A DNA stretch of 64,000 nt from Tenericutes bacterium ADurb.Bin087 (GTDB lineage Bacteria; Bacillota_I; Bacilli_A; RFN20; CAG-826), in contig MWEF01000006.1 of NCBI GenBank assembly GCA_002070905.1, positions 1,821 through 65,820 on the forward strand. The letters are read 5' to 3'. Position 1 is the first letter of the stretch; the number at the start of each line of letters is the position of its first letter. Below, piece after piece: positions 8,502 to 19,315 of the stretch. The position numbers and the translations under genes were made by a program. Below the pieces are notes generated by a model that was not told the DNA's origin, ran no database searches, and saw only the letters and a program-made list of their open reading frames with translations.

Positions 8502-9848
8502 ATGGATGCAATTTTTGTGTTAATCCTGAAACTTGCGATCGTACTTTCCGTTGGATTTATTGGATCGCTTGTGGCCCGAAAACTTAAATTACCAAACGTG
8601 TCTGGTTATTTACTTTTCGGTTTATTACTTGGACCTTCACTTGGTCTTATTTTTAAGGGCTTCCCTGGCATTATCACTGTTGAAGATGGTGCTAATCTCA
8701 ACTTCATTAGCCAAATCGCCCTTGCGTTTATCGCCTTTTCCATCGGAGCGGAATTTAGTATCAAATCGATTAAAAAGGTCGGTAAACCAATTCTTATCAT
8801 GACAACGACCGAAGTATTAGGCGCGGTCTTAGTCGTGTTCTTTGCGATGTTATTTTTACCAAAACCACAAACGATTATGCCTGATGGTTATAGTCCCTTT
8901 AGTAACGCAAACATCGCCTTTGGCTTAATCTTAGCGTCAATGAGTGCGGCTACGGCACCAGCGGCAACGTTAATGGTTATTCGCCAATATCGTGCATTTG
9001 GTCCTGTCACACGTGCTATTTTACCAATTACCGCCCTTGATGATATTTACGGGATTGTCGTCTTTGGTTTCTTTATTTCCTTTGCACAAATCTTAGCTGC
9101 TACTGGTCCTTTACCACCAGTGTGGCTGATGATTTTAAAACCTTTTATTGAAGTGTTTGGTTCGGTCGCACTGGGGATGGTAATTGGTTTTCTTTTATCA
9201 ATCTTGGCGAATAAATTTGATAAAATTCGTGACGACCTGCAAGTCTTATCATTAATTGCGGTTTTTGGCACAATCGGATTAACATATTTAATTAACTATT
9301 TTTTAGAACCACATGGTTTATCATTTAGTCAACTATTATCTAATATTATGATTGGGTCAATGATCGCTAATATTGCTAAACGTCCCGGAAAAACATTTAA
9401 TGCGATTAACGACTTTGCCACTCCGTTTTATATTCTATTCTTCACCCTTGCTGGTGCAGGACTAGATTTAGCGATTTTAGGCACGACACCGCTCTTACTC
9501 TTAATTGCAGGTGTTTATATCTTAGCGCGTGGCTTTGGCAAGTGGCTTGGCATCTTTGTTGGTGCCAACATGGTCAAAGCCGAACCAACTGTCAAAAAGT
9601 ATTTAGGAATTGCCCTTTTACCGCAAGGTGGGGTCTCAATTGGCTTACTGGCGATTGTATTTACACAAATGGCACCGATGTATTCTGCTATTTCTACTGT
9701 TATAATGTTATCAGTACTAGTGTATGAAACAATGGGACCAGTGTTTGCCAAATTTGCAATTAGTAAAGCCGGCGAAATTGGAGGTCTTGATCGCCTTGAA
9801 CAATTATCAAGCCTCGAAGGCATTGAATTAACTGAGGAAGGAGCGTAA
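8502..9848 (+). CDS. cation:proton antiporter (CPA2 / Na_H exchanger family), no RCK domain
   Basis: 448 aa with about 12-13 TM helices and typical N-terminus GSLVARKLKLPNVSGYLLFGLLLGPS. The C-terminus is only a short acidic tail. Confidence 0.85.
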   Translation: MDAIFVLILKLAIVLSVGFIGSLVARKLKLPNVSGYLLFGLLLGPSLGLIFKGFPGIITVEDGANLNFISQIALAFIAFSIGAEFSIKSIKKVGKPILIMTTTEVLGAVLVVFFAMLFLPKPQTIMPDGYSPFSNANIAFGLILASMSAATAPAATLMVIRQYRAFGPVTRAILPITALDDIYGIVVFGFFISFAQILAATGPLPPVWLMILKPFIEVFGSVALGMVIGFLLSILANKFDKIRDDLQVLSLIAVFGTIGLTYLINYFLEPHGLSFSQLLSNIMIGSMIANIAKRPGKTFNAINDFATPFYILFFTLAGAGLDLAILGTTPLLLLIAGVYILARGFGKWLGIFVGANMVKAEPTVKKYLGIALLPQGGVSIGLLAIVFTQMAPMYSAISTVIMLSVLVYETMGPVFAKFAISKAGEIGGLDRLEQLSSLEGIELTEEGA

Positions 9849-9850
9849 TT

Positions 9851-10201
9851 ATGCAAATCTTATTTATTGTTTTAAATGACTTATCCTATTTAGATCGGAT
9901 CTTAGAAAAGTTTCTCGATCTCCATGTGCGTGGAGCGACAATTATTGATTCACAAGGAATGGCCGCGGCGATTATGCAAAATGAAGGCTTGCTTTCATTA
10001 CTTTCTGGCCCATTTGCGCGCTCTTTAGAAAACGACCAAAAAGGTTCAAAAACAATCTTTACTGTTATTCCTGAACCCGAAAAAGTTACGGAAGCTGTTA
10101 AAGCTGTCCAAGAAATCGTTGCTGGTTCAAAAAAACAAGTCGTGGGCTTTATGTTTACACTACCCGTCAGCGGTATTTATCCACTTAAAGCGAAAAAGTA
10201 A
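9851..10201 (+). CDS. PII-like (GlnB-fold) small signalling protein, function unknown
   Basis: 116 aa with a beta-alpha-beta-(long loop)-beta-alpha-beta pattern: ILFIVLND / YLDRILEKFLDLHV / ATIIDSQG / loop / KTIFTVIPE / KVTEAVKAVQEIV / GFMFTLPV. The SD (AAGGAG) lies inside the end of the antiporter gene, with a 2-nt gap. Confidence 0.5.
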   Translation: MQILFIVLNDLSYLDRILEKFLDLHVRGATIIDSQGMAAAIMQNEGLLSLLSGPFARSLENDQKGSKTIFTVIPEPEKVTEAVKAVQEIVAGSKKQVVGFMFTLPVSGIYPLKAKK

Positions 10202-10242
10202 AAGACGTCAATAACATCCGCAAATTGGCGATTATTGTATCG

Positions 10243-10251
10243 TGCTATAAT
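10243..10251 (+). promoter_or_regulatory. extended -10 promoter (TGcTATAAT) 10 nt before the ATG
   Basis: TG at 10243-10244, TATAAT at 10246-10251, ATG at 10262, no SD. Confidence 0.35.
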
Positions 10252-10261
10252 TAATATCATT

Positions 10262-11782
10262 ATGAGAAAACGCAAAGTAAACGAGTTTACCGAATATTTA
10301 AATCACTTAAATGATAGCGACGTTAAGGCTGTCAAAGCTTTCATGGTGAATTTTAAGCAACATATGAATTTAACGTTAAGTGAAGAGAAGAAATTACGGA
10401 AAGACTTAGAAGGGGCACTGATGTATTATAACGCGATTGGTGTCGCGGTCACTGAAGCTTTGCGCCGGCTTGATAATGAAAATCTTGGGGGATTTTATGC
10501 TCGTCCCCCACTTTTATATTATGCGCTTGATGATGCGGCGAAAATTTATCCCTTATCAATGAAACATGGTTTTCAAGCGGTGTTTCGTTTATCGGCAAAT
10601 CTATTTGACGAAGTTGTGCCACAGCTCTTGCAAATTGCTCTAACCTTTACGATTAAACGCTTTCCGCGCTTTGCCACTACCTTAAAAAAAGGCTTTTTCT
10701 GGCACTATTTAGATGCGAATAAACAACGCTATGGCATTGAAAAGGAAGAACATTTACCATGTCGCCCGATTAAAGTAGCGACAACTGGTTCGAAATCATT
10801 CCGTGTTTTATATTATAAAAATCGCGTTAGTGTTGAATTTTTCCATTGTCTCACTGATGGCCGTGGCGGATTAGTCTTTTTACAAACATTACTTGATACT
10901 TATCTACGGCTCTTTGGTGTTGAAGGGCAAACGCATCCAAGTATTTTAGATATTAACGCTACGCCACTACCGGAAGAAGATGCGAATGAATTTAAACGCA
11001 CTACTGTGACAAAACGGAGTGGTTTTAAAGAAAAACGCGCCCTGCAAATGAGTGGCAAAATCGAAAACATTCGCCCAACACAAATTTTACACTTTCGTCT
11101 TGACGCTACTGACTTATACAAGGTTGCCAAGCGTTATGGTGTGACAATTACGGCTTATATTCTTGGATTAATCCTGTTAGCAAGTCGCTTTGCTACGGAT
11201 GCAAAAGATGGTGATATTGCCATCCAAGTCCCTGTTGATTTACGCAAATATTATCCGTCAAGCACACTCGCTAATTTCTCGCTTTATGGTGGTATCCGTA
11301 TGCCGATTACCGATATTACAACGATGGAAGAACTTTTACCGCTTGTTAAAGATCAACTTGCAATCGTTACAAGTTATGAAAAAATGAGTGAAATGATGTA
11401 TTCCGCGCACCGTATGAATAAAGATGTGCGTGGTTTCCCACTTTTCTTAAAAAATCCGATTGCTAAACTAGCTTATGGCATTATGGGCGAAGCAATATTT
11501 ACAACAACGTTTAGTAATTTAGGGATTATTAGTGCGCCAGATCACTTCAATGACTACATTGAAAGTTATGACTTCGTGCTTGGTCCACCCGAAGTTAATC
11601 GCGCTGCTACGACGCTAGTGACATATAACAATATTGCCACATTAACGATTACAAAAAGTACGAAAGATCCATCTTTTGAAGAAGAAATATATCGCCTATT
11701 AGTTAAGGATGGTTTAGCAATAAATATTGAAGGGAGTGCTGTCTATGAACGTAAAAGTCGTGTATCCCGCGAAAAAGATTAA
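10262..11782 (+). CDS. HxxxD-motif acyltransferase (condensation / alcohol-acetyltransferase-like superfamily)
   Basis: FHCLTDGRGG matches the HxxxDG catalytic motif of condensation/WS-DGAT/AATase-type enzymes. About 500 aa and soluble. Start taken as the ATG at 10262 (the ORF-track TTG at 10235 is also possible). Confidence 0.55.
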   Translation: MRKRKVNEFTEYLNHLNDSDVKAVKAFMVNFKQHMNLTLSEEKKLRKDLEGALMYYNAIGVAVTEALRRLDNENLGGFYARPPLLYYALDDAAKIYPLSMKHGFQAVFRLSANLFDEVVPQLLQIALTFTIKRFPRFATTLKKGFFWHYLDANKQRYGIEKEEHLPCRPIKVATTGSKSFRVLYYKNRVSVEFFHCLTDGRGGLVFLQTLLDTYLRLFGVEGQTHPSILDINATPLPEEDANEFKRTTVTKRSGFKEKRALQMSGKIENIRPTQILHFRLDATDLYKVAKRYGVTITAYILGLILLASRFATDAKDGDIAIQVPVDLRKYYPSSTLANFSLYGGIRMPITDITTMEELLPLVKDQLAIVTSYEKMSEMMYSAHRMNKDVRGFPLFLKNPIAKLAYGIMGEAIFTTTFSNLGIISAPDHFNDYIESYDFVLGPPEVNRAATTLVTYNNIATLTITKSTKDPSFEEEIYRLLVKDGLAINIEGSAVYERKSRVSREKD

Positions 11783-12320
11783 ACATGATATTCGTCGTGC
11801 CGCTATTTACTGGGCCAAGCCTGCCTTCATTTTGGCCGCAGTCATAAGTGCTATCGTTAATTACTTAGTGAAAGGCTCTGCTTGGAGTGTCATCGTTATT
11901 TGGAGTTTGTGGATGATTTGGTCATTTGTGTTTACCCCAACCCTCATTGAACATAATCGGACGAGTATTGCTGTTAAATCTTCAATTCATGTAGCTATTC
12001 TCGTCGTCATTATTTATATGATTTATCCTAATTGGCCTGGTATTGAAGTTGCATCTCTTGTTGTTGTTGGTGGTTTAATCTTAACGGCAATATTATTTTT
12101 CAGTAACGTTTCGCGGCAAAAACAAAATGTGTTCCCACTTTTAATCTTTATTATTATTTCAATAATATTTAGTGTCGTCGCCTTTGTCTTACGTGGTCAA
12201 GAACCGCTTGGCTGGGCGATGATTGTTTCCATCAGTGTCGCACTCGCTATCTTTTTAAGTACAGCCATTATTTTACGAATTAACTTTTTTCGTGAACTTA
12301 AAAAGCGATTTATGTTATAG
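11745..12320 (+). CDS. small polytopic membrane protein, unknown function
   Basis: About 190 aa with about 6 TM helices. ATG at 11745 follows GAAGGGAG and overlaps the end of the acyltransferase gene by 38 nt. Confidence 0.55.
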   Translation: MNVKVVYPAKKIKHDIRRAAIYWAKPAFILAAVISAIVNYLVKGSAWSVIVIWSLWMIWSFVFTPTLIEHNRTSIAVKSSIHVAILVVIIYMIYPNWPGIEVASLVVVGGLILTAILFFSNVSRQKQNVFPLLIFIIISIIFSVVAFVLRGQEPLGWAMIVSISVALAIFLSTAIILRINFFRELKKRFML

Positions 12321-12338
12321 TTTTATATGGGGAAAAAT

Positions 12339-12412
12339 GCGGCTGTAGTTTAGTGGTAGAACTTTAGCTTCCCAAGCTAACCGTGCGGGTTCGATTCCCG
12401 TCAGCCGCTCCA
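12339..12412 (+). tRNA. tRNA-Gly (anticodon CCC)
   Basis: 74-nt cloverleaf with acceptor GCGGCTG/CAGCCGC, anticodon arm TTAGC-TTCCCAA-GCTAA, T-loop TTCGATT and an encoded CCA. Confidence 0.9.
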
Positions 12413-12477
12413 ACTTAGATGAACATGCTCCCTAAATTTAGACCAAAAAGTTCGTCCAACAACTTGGGAACATGTAC

Positions 12478-12507
12478 CAAAAAACCACCCGAGGGTGGTC
12501 TTTTTTA
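12478..12507. terminator. bidirectional intrinsic terminator
   Basis: AAAAACCACCCGAGGGTGGTCTTTTTT lies between the tRNA-Gly and the convergent MFS gene. Confidence 0.75.
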
Positions 12508-12518
12508 TAACGATTTAA

Positions 12519-13901
12519 TTATTTAGTGTCTTCGATTAAATTAAGTTCCTTTAATTTTTTCGTTCTAAATGACTTGTCTTGCCTCTTACAAATAATCGCT
12601 GGCACTAACACAAAAACAGCAATAATGGCGCTAAAAAGGAAGAGTTCAAAAGGATATACTTTATCCCCAATTTGGTAGACCCCCGCATCAATCATCGCTT
12701 GCGTTGGTGCTTCGCCAAAAATATTAATGACAAACGGGTTAATAAATGACGCTAACACCATTGGTAGAGCAATCACAATAACCATACGAATACCTTGGAA
12801 GGCTCCCGCTTTCGCTTCGGGCGTATGATCGCGCGAAGTAGCAAAGAAAAGTCCTGAACACATCATACTACCTGCCATAATAAGCGTCCCACCCGCAATT
12901 ACCATAATCATTGTCAGCGGCAAATTACCACCGACAAACTTAATAAAGTAACAAAGTAACCCGCCGAGGACACCAATAAAGACAACTGGATAATAAAACT
13001 TAACTTTTCCATATTTATCCATAAGTCTACCTGCTAAAACAGAAAGGGCAGCACTTAGCACCACAATCAGCGCAATCGGAATCACATAATTTTTAATACC
13101 AAGCGTATATTCAAATAACGTAATCATATATGGTTGCCAAATTTGCAGTGATAAAGAACTAAACATCATCGCGATTAAACAAATATAAATCATTCCATGA
13201 TTTTTAACACTACTTGGTTTAAAACCGTAAAACACATTATGTAAATATGTATTGCTCTTATCAGGGCGAAGATGCGGCGAATCTTTAAAGAGAAATAACC
13301 CCGCAACCCCAATGAGGGCAATCATAATCCCTTGAATGGCAAAGAAAAGACCCCACTCTCCTTTTTGCGTTAAGCCATCAAACCCCACGAAAATAATCAT
13401 TAACGCGGCAATTGGCATCATCGAAATAATAACATCGACTAATCCGCGATTGCTAATATCCGTGACATCAGTGACCCACGCCGAGAAAGCAGCATCATTT
13501 GAGATTGCCCCAAAAAACGTCATCACACAGTCCATAATTACAAAAATGACAACGATGCGCATCACATAGGCAGGATCAATTTGGTGGTCGCCAAAGAACG
13601 CAAAGGAAGCAGTAATAAAGCCCCAAATAATGTAACCAACACTAACGAAGAATTTACGATTACCAAGCCTATCACTTAGTGCCCCACCAAAAATAGTCGC
13701 CACAGCAGCAACAACAGCGCTTGATGCAACGGCCGCGCTTGTCGCCCATGGATCTTTGGTAATAACTTTTTGAATATAGGCAGCAAAGTACATATTTTCA
13801 ATCATCCAGGCAAGTTGTCCTGCTAATCCGAAAATAATAATACAAATCCAAATCCTGGCGCCTAACTTATTAGACTTTTTTAAAACAACTGTATCTTGCA
13901 T
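12519..13901 (-). CDS. MFS transporter (paralogue of the N-terminal half of 24568-26997)
   Basis: 460 aa with 12 TM helices. MFS motif A-like LSDRLGNRKFF, and an N-terminus LAGQLAWMIENMYFAAYI that parallels LAGQLCWNLENQWFNTFV of the other gene. Confidence 0.85.
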   Translation of the reverse strand: MQDTVVLKKSNKLGARIWICIIIFGLAGQLAWMIENMYFAAYIQKVITKDPWATSAAVASSAVVAAVATIFGGALSDRLGNRKFFVSVGYIIWGFITASFAFFGDHQIDPAYVMRIVVIFVIMDCVMTFFGAISNDAAFSAWVTDVTDISNRGLVDVIISMMPIAALMIIFVGFDGLTQKGEWGLFFAIQGIMIALIGVAGLFLFKDSPHLRPDKSNTYLHNVFYGFKPSSVKNHGMIYICLIAMMFSSLSLQIWQPYMITLFEYTLGIKNYVIPIALIVVLSAALSVLAGRLMDKYGKVKFYYPVVFIGVLGGLLCYFIKFVGGNLPLTMIMVIAGGTLIMAGSMMCSGLFFATSRDHTPEAKAGAFQGIRMVIVIALPMVLASFINPFVINIFGEAPTQAMIDAGVYQIGDKVYPFELFLFSAIIAVFVLVPAIICKRQDKSFRTKKLKELNLIEDTK

Positions 13902-14011
13902 TATTTTTTCCTCATTCTATATAATCTTTTTCATTCTAACACTTTTAGCTCTCGACTTAATAGCGATTTTATAAAAGAGTGTTATATAATCATAATAGAG
14001 AGGTAAATGGT

Positions 14012-15514
14012 ATGAAAGTAATAATTATCGGCGCGGGACTAGCGGGTTTAACTTATGGCGCTTTAGCCGCAAAAGACGGGCATGAAGTAATCATTATTGA
14101 TAAAAATAGTAAACCAGGCGGTGTTGTTGCGCTCCTTGAACATGAAGGTTATAAATTTGAACAAGGACCACTTTTAATCGGTGATATGTTAGAAGGCGAA
14201 CCAGTCTATGAATTTCTAAAAACACTTGGCATTACATTAAAAACGATGCGCGCTGACCGCGATAATAGTTTTCCTGATTTTAAAATATTAAGACCCGAAA
14301 AATATGAAGGTCCTTATTGGCGACGTGATTATTTAGCTAAACTTTTTCCAGAAGATAAAAAAGGACTTGATAAGTACTACAAATATTATGATGATGTGTT
14401 GCGGCTACGTTACCTAACAACCTTACCGCAAACAATTGTGACTAAAATTCGGACAGGCCTTGCCTTCTTAAAAGTGAAGAAATATATGAAAATGAACGCT
14501 GATGAACTGACCAAACATTTCTTCACTAATGAAAAATTAAGAACAGTGTTTACCGCTATTTTAGCGGATTTTTGCGCTGACCCAACCGAAGTCAATGGCT
14601 TATTTACTGTTTTTACTAACTTAGAAACAGCGTTTGATTTACGCATCCCGCTAACCAAAAAAGGCAAAAAATATTATCCGGGGTTCTGCTTTATTGAAGG
14701 TGGTGTTCAAAAATTACCCGAAGCACTTGCCGCTTTTATCACTAGCCATGGCGGCAAATTCATCTATAACACTATTGTTGATAAAGTCTTGATTGAAAAC
14801 GGCAGAGCTATTGGTGTTAAATTAAACGATAACACAACTATTAACGGTGATTATGTCATTGGTGTTGGTGCTGCGAAAGATTTCTTTAGTGACTTAGTGG
14901 GCCATGAGCATCTTACCGAAGAATACATTAAGATCCTTGATACAATGCGCCCAATGGAAGGTGTTTTTATGCTCCACCTTGGGATTGATATTGATCCACT
15001 TAAATATTTACGCAGTTCTTTAATTTATTGCTACGGAATGTATGATTTAAGTGCGGCAACATATAAATTACGCAACGGGATATACCATGAGGGCGATGAT
15101 GGTTATTTGCTCTTTGTTCCTAGCTACCACGCCCCCGATTTTGCCCCTGAAGGTCGTCACGCACTTACAATTTACACCGTGGCCCCCGATACTTTAAAAG
15201 ACGCTAATTGGGAGAGTAAACAAGAAGAATATGCAAAGAAATTAATAAAGCTTGCCGAAGCACATATTCCAAATTTATCTAAACATATTAAAGTAATGAA
15301 AATAATGACACCTGTTGATTATCGGCACTTTACGCATATGAAAAAGAGTTCCTTTGGTGGCATTGTCCCCATTTGGAACCAAAAAGCCCCCACTCATTTT
15401 ACACCCGTTAAAAACTTACTTTTCCTTGGGCAACAAAGTGAAAATGCTGGTGGGATGGGTCCAGTAATTTTAGGGGCAAAACGTGCCTTTGAACAAACAA
15501 AATTTAATAAATAA
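14012..15514 (+). CDS. phytoene-desaturase (CrtI)-family FAD-dependent oxidoreductase
   Basis: N-terminal Rossmann motif MKVIIIGAGLAGLTYGALAAKDGHEVIIIDKNSKPGG. About 500 aa, typical of the CrtI/amine-oxidase family. ATG at 14012 follows GAGAGG. Confidence 0.7.
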   Translation: MKVIIIGAGLAGLTYGALAAKDGHEVIIIDKNSKPGGVVALLEHEGYKFEQGPLLIGDMLEGEPVYEFLKTLGITLKTMRADRDNSFPDFKILRPEKYEGPYWRRDYLAKLFPEDKKGLDKYYKYYDDVLRLRYLTTLPQTIVTKIRTGLAFLKVKKYMKMNADELTKHFFTNEKLRTVFTAILADFCADPTEVNGLFTVFTNLETAFDLRIPLTKKGKKYYPGFCFIEGGVQKLPEALAAFITSHGGKFIYNTIVDKVLIENGRAIGVKLNDNTTINGDYVIGVGAAKDFFSDLVGHEHLTEEYIKILDTMRPMEGVFMLHLGIDIDPLKYLRSSLIYCYGMYDLSAATYKLRNGIYHEGDDGYLLFVPSYHAPDFAPEGRHALTIYTVAPDTLKDANWESKQEEYAKKLIKLAEAHIPNLSKHIKVMKIMTPVDYRHFTHMKKSSFGGIVPIWNQKAPTHFTPVKNLLFLGQQSENAGGMGPVILGAKRAFEQTKFNK

Positions 15515-15692
15515 TATTAAAAAACGCTTCATCATGTCTTTGTCTTTTAAATAATTAATGAATGCTTTGAATTTAAATGATCAAGCACCTTTTGCTTTAA
15601 AAATGTATTGTTATTTGCCATTTATGTGTCCTTTTAATAGAATTAAAAGTTGATCCATTATATAATGGCTTCAGACATTTTAAGGAGCATAT

Positions 15693-16763
15693 ATGTCGAA
15701 CTTAGTCGGATATGGGTTAATAGCGGGCTTTGTCCTCGTAATTGGGATAATGCTACTACTCAAAATCTATTTACAAACTTACCATCAAGGCAAGTTCTGG
15801 TATATCGAACGGCCATTAAAATATTTAATGATTCTTGCCCCAATGTTTTTTATGTTCGCGATTGGTGAACGTTGGAAATTTGGCGAAAACTTTTTACCTT
15901 CTGGCAATCCCGACGATTTAGCGTGGGGCCCATTTCACCTTGCTTGGCTCGCAGTGATGATTGTGGCCATTATCGTTGTTTCAAGCGGAGTGAAAGCTGA
16001 TCAAGAAAATACCAAACGCTACATGTTTGGCAGACTTAACAAAATTGATTTTACGGTGTTTCAGCTTGGTATTTTACTCTTAAGCATTGAATTTTATAAA
16101 CAAATGATTTTTTTAGAATTATATAAAGGACTAAATCATTATCATTGGTACGGATTCCCATTGCAATTTTGTTCTATTCCCCTCTTTTTATACCCGATTG
16201 TGCCCTTTGTTAAAAACAAGAAAATTAAAGAAGCATTTTATTCTTTTATCGCCATTTTTAATTTGATTGGTGGCTTAAGTGTTATGATTTTAGCCACTGG
16301 TGTTTTTACCACCTACGTTTCGATTTCCATCCATACAATGATGTGGCACGGAACAATGGTTGTGGTCGCAATTTACTTAATTAATGCCTACAAAATTGGC
16401 ACAAAGTGGCGCCACTATCTTGGCGCGGTCACTGTCTTATTTATCCTTATGGTCATTGCCCAACTTACGAATGTGTTATTTCACTATATCGGGACGAAGT
16501 TTCCAGGACCAGGAGACTTTGATGGTTTCTTTATTTCCCCGTGGATTAGTAGACGCAATATGCCGATCCTTGGCGACATTCGTGTTGCTATGCAAGAAGG
16601 CGGACTCCCCATTGCCATTATTGCAATTGTCTTCCCTTATATTTATTTTGTCGTTTTTGGTCTAACTGGCTTACTTATCTATTATTTGTTACATTTTATT
16701 TGGAAGGAAAATGGCCATAGTCATCATAAAGAAGCTGATGTAATGATTAACACTAATGAGTAA
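15693..16763 (+). CDS. polytopic membrane protein, unknown function
   Basis: 356 aa with about 8 hydrophobic helices. AAGGAG RBS lies before the ATG. Confidence 0.55.
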   Translation: MSNLVGYGLIAGFVLVIGIMLLLKIYLQTYHQGKFWYIERPLKYLMILAPMFFMFAIGERWKFGENFLPSGNPDDLAWGPFHLAWLAVMIVAIIVVSSGVKADQENTKRYMFGRLNKIDFTVFQLGILLLSIEFYKQMIFLELYKGLNHYHWYGFPLQFCSIPLFLYPIVPFVKNKKIKEAFYSFIAIFNLIGGLSVMILATGVFTTYVSISIHTMMWHGTMVVVAIYLINAYKIGTKWRHYLGAVTVLFILMVIAQLTNVLFHYIGTKFPGPGDFDGFFISPWISRRNMPILGDIRVAMQEGGLPIAIIAIVFPYIYFVVFGLTGLLIYYLLHFIWKENGHSHHKEADVMINTNE

Positions 16764-16767
16764 AATT

Positions 16768-17358
16768 ATGAAAAAACAAATTGTCATTGCCACGCATAAC
16801 ACGAATAAACTTAAAGAATTTAAGTCACTTTTTGAAGGCACACCATATGAAGTTCTAGGCCTAGCAGATATTAAATTCAATGGAGAGATTAAGGAAGACG
16901 GTGAAACATTTGCAGATAACGCCGTCATTAAAGCGCAAACAATTCATAAGTTTACGAATCTTCCCGTCATCGCAGATGATAGCGGACTTTGTCTCAATGC
17001 GTTAGATGGTTTCCCCGGCGTTAATTCCGCACGTTTTATGGAAGGGTTACCATATAGTGAAAAAAATGCCGCCATTATTAAAATGCTTGAAGGTTATAGT
17101 GATAAAAGCGCTAAATTTGTGTGCGCGATTGCGCTTGTTGGCCTCGAAAAGTTCCCGCAAGTCTTTATTGGCGAAGTTAAGGGCATGATAATTAACGAGG
17201 AGCGGGGCAAAGAAGGGTTTGGGTATGATCCGATTTTCTTTCATCCAAACAGCCAAAAAACATTTGGCGAAATGAGTATTAAAGAAAAAGATGACATAAG
17301 TCATCGTGGGCGGGCAACATCATTACTTTTTGAATATTTAAAAACGCATTATTTTTAA
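16768..17358 (+). CDS. rdgB: RdgB/HAM1 non-canonical purine NTP pyrophosphatase
   Basis: Family motifs are present: IVIATHNTNKLKEF, DDSGL, GFPGVNSARF, FGYDPIF and ISHRG. Confidence 0.85.
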   Translation: MKKQIVIATHNTNKLKEFKSLFEGTPYEVLGLADIKFNGEIKEDGETFADNAVIKAQTIHKFTNLPVIADDSGLCLNALDGFPGVNSARFMEGLPYSEKNAAIIKMLEGYSDKSAKFVCAIALVGLEKFPQVFIGEVKGMIINEERGKEGFGYDPIFFHPNSQKTFGEMSIKEKDDISHRGRATSLLFEYLKTHYF

Positions 17359-17759
17359 AAATGAAGGCGCTTTTTAATTTCCGCTAAAACGTGTAAATCA
17401 GCCCCTAAAAAAGGCAATTTTAATATTTCTTCCTTCGTAAAAAAGCCGCCATCTTTATGCACTAACAGGGTGAATTTTGGACTCGTAACTTGACAAATAA
17501 ACACATCCATTTCAAGCTGAAACCACGGATACTCGTGACTAACATGCATAAAGAAATCATGGACAGTAATATCCATCATTAATTCTTCTTTAATCTCGCG
17601 CACAATTGCTGTTGCTGGTGATTCATTTACTTCAATTTTGCCACCAGGAAATTCATATTTACCATAACGTTCATCATTATCACTACGCGCCGCCGCAAAA
17701 AGTTTATTCTCATAGAAGATAAGCGCGGCCACAACATTTTTAATTTCTTTTGTGTTCAT
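17355..17759 (-). CDS. NUDIX hydrolase (MutT-like)
   Basis: Nudix box GKYEFPGGKIEVNESPATAIVREIKEEL. Confidence 0.8.
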   Translation of the reverse strand: MNTKEIKNVVAALIFYENKLFAAARSDNDERYGKYEFPGGKIEVNESPATAIVREIKEELMMDITVHDFFMHVSHEYPWFQLEMDVFICQVTSPKFTLLVHKDGGFFTKEEILKLPFLGADLHVLAEIKKRLHF

Positions 17760-17865
17760 CGTAATAAGTATAACAAACTCACATCTTTTTACTTTGTAAA
17801 TTGATAGCGGGATATGTTTACCGATAAATAATCACGTTTAATACTTTTTACTACAAAGTGAATAG

Positions 17866-19209
<1,344 letters not shown>

Positions 19210-19234
19210 TTAGGAAATAATAATTGACAATTGA

Positions 19235-19258
19235 AAAGAGGGTTCATCCCTCTTTTTT
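19235..19258 (+). terminator. intrinsic terminator after eno
   Basis: AAGAGGG-ttcat-CCCTCTT hairpin followed by TTTT. Confidence 0.75.
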
Positions 19259-19315
19259 ATAAAATTATATTTTTTTAATAATTTATTATGTATAATTTAA
19301 TCAGGAGGTAATCTT

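Noticed and set aside
8533-8802. 89-aa same-strand ORF overlapping the start of the CPA2 antiporter gene.
   Set aside because: It is in an alternative frame of a gene with a convincing transporter sequence, with no independent RBS or motif.
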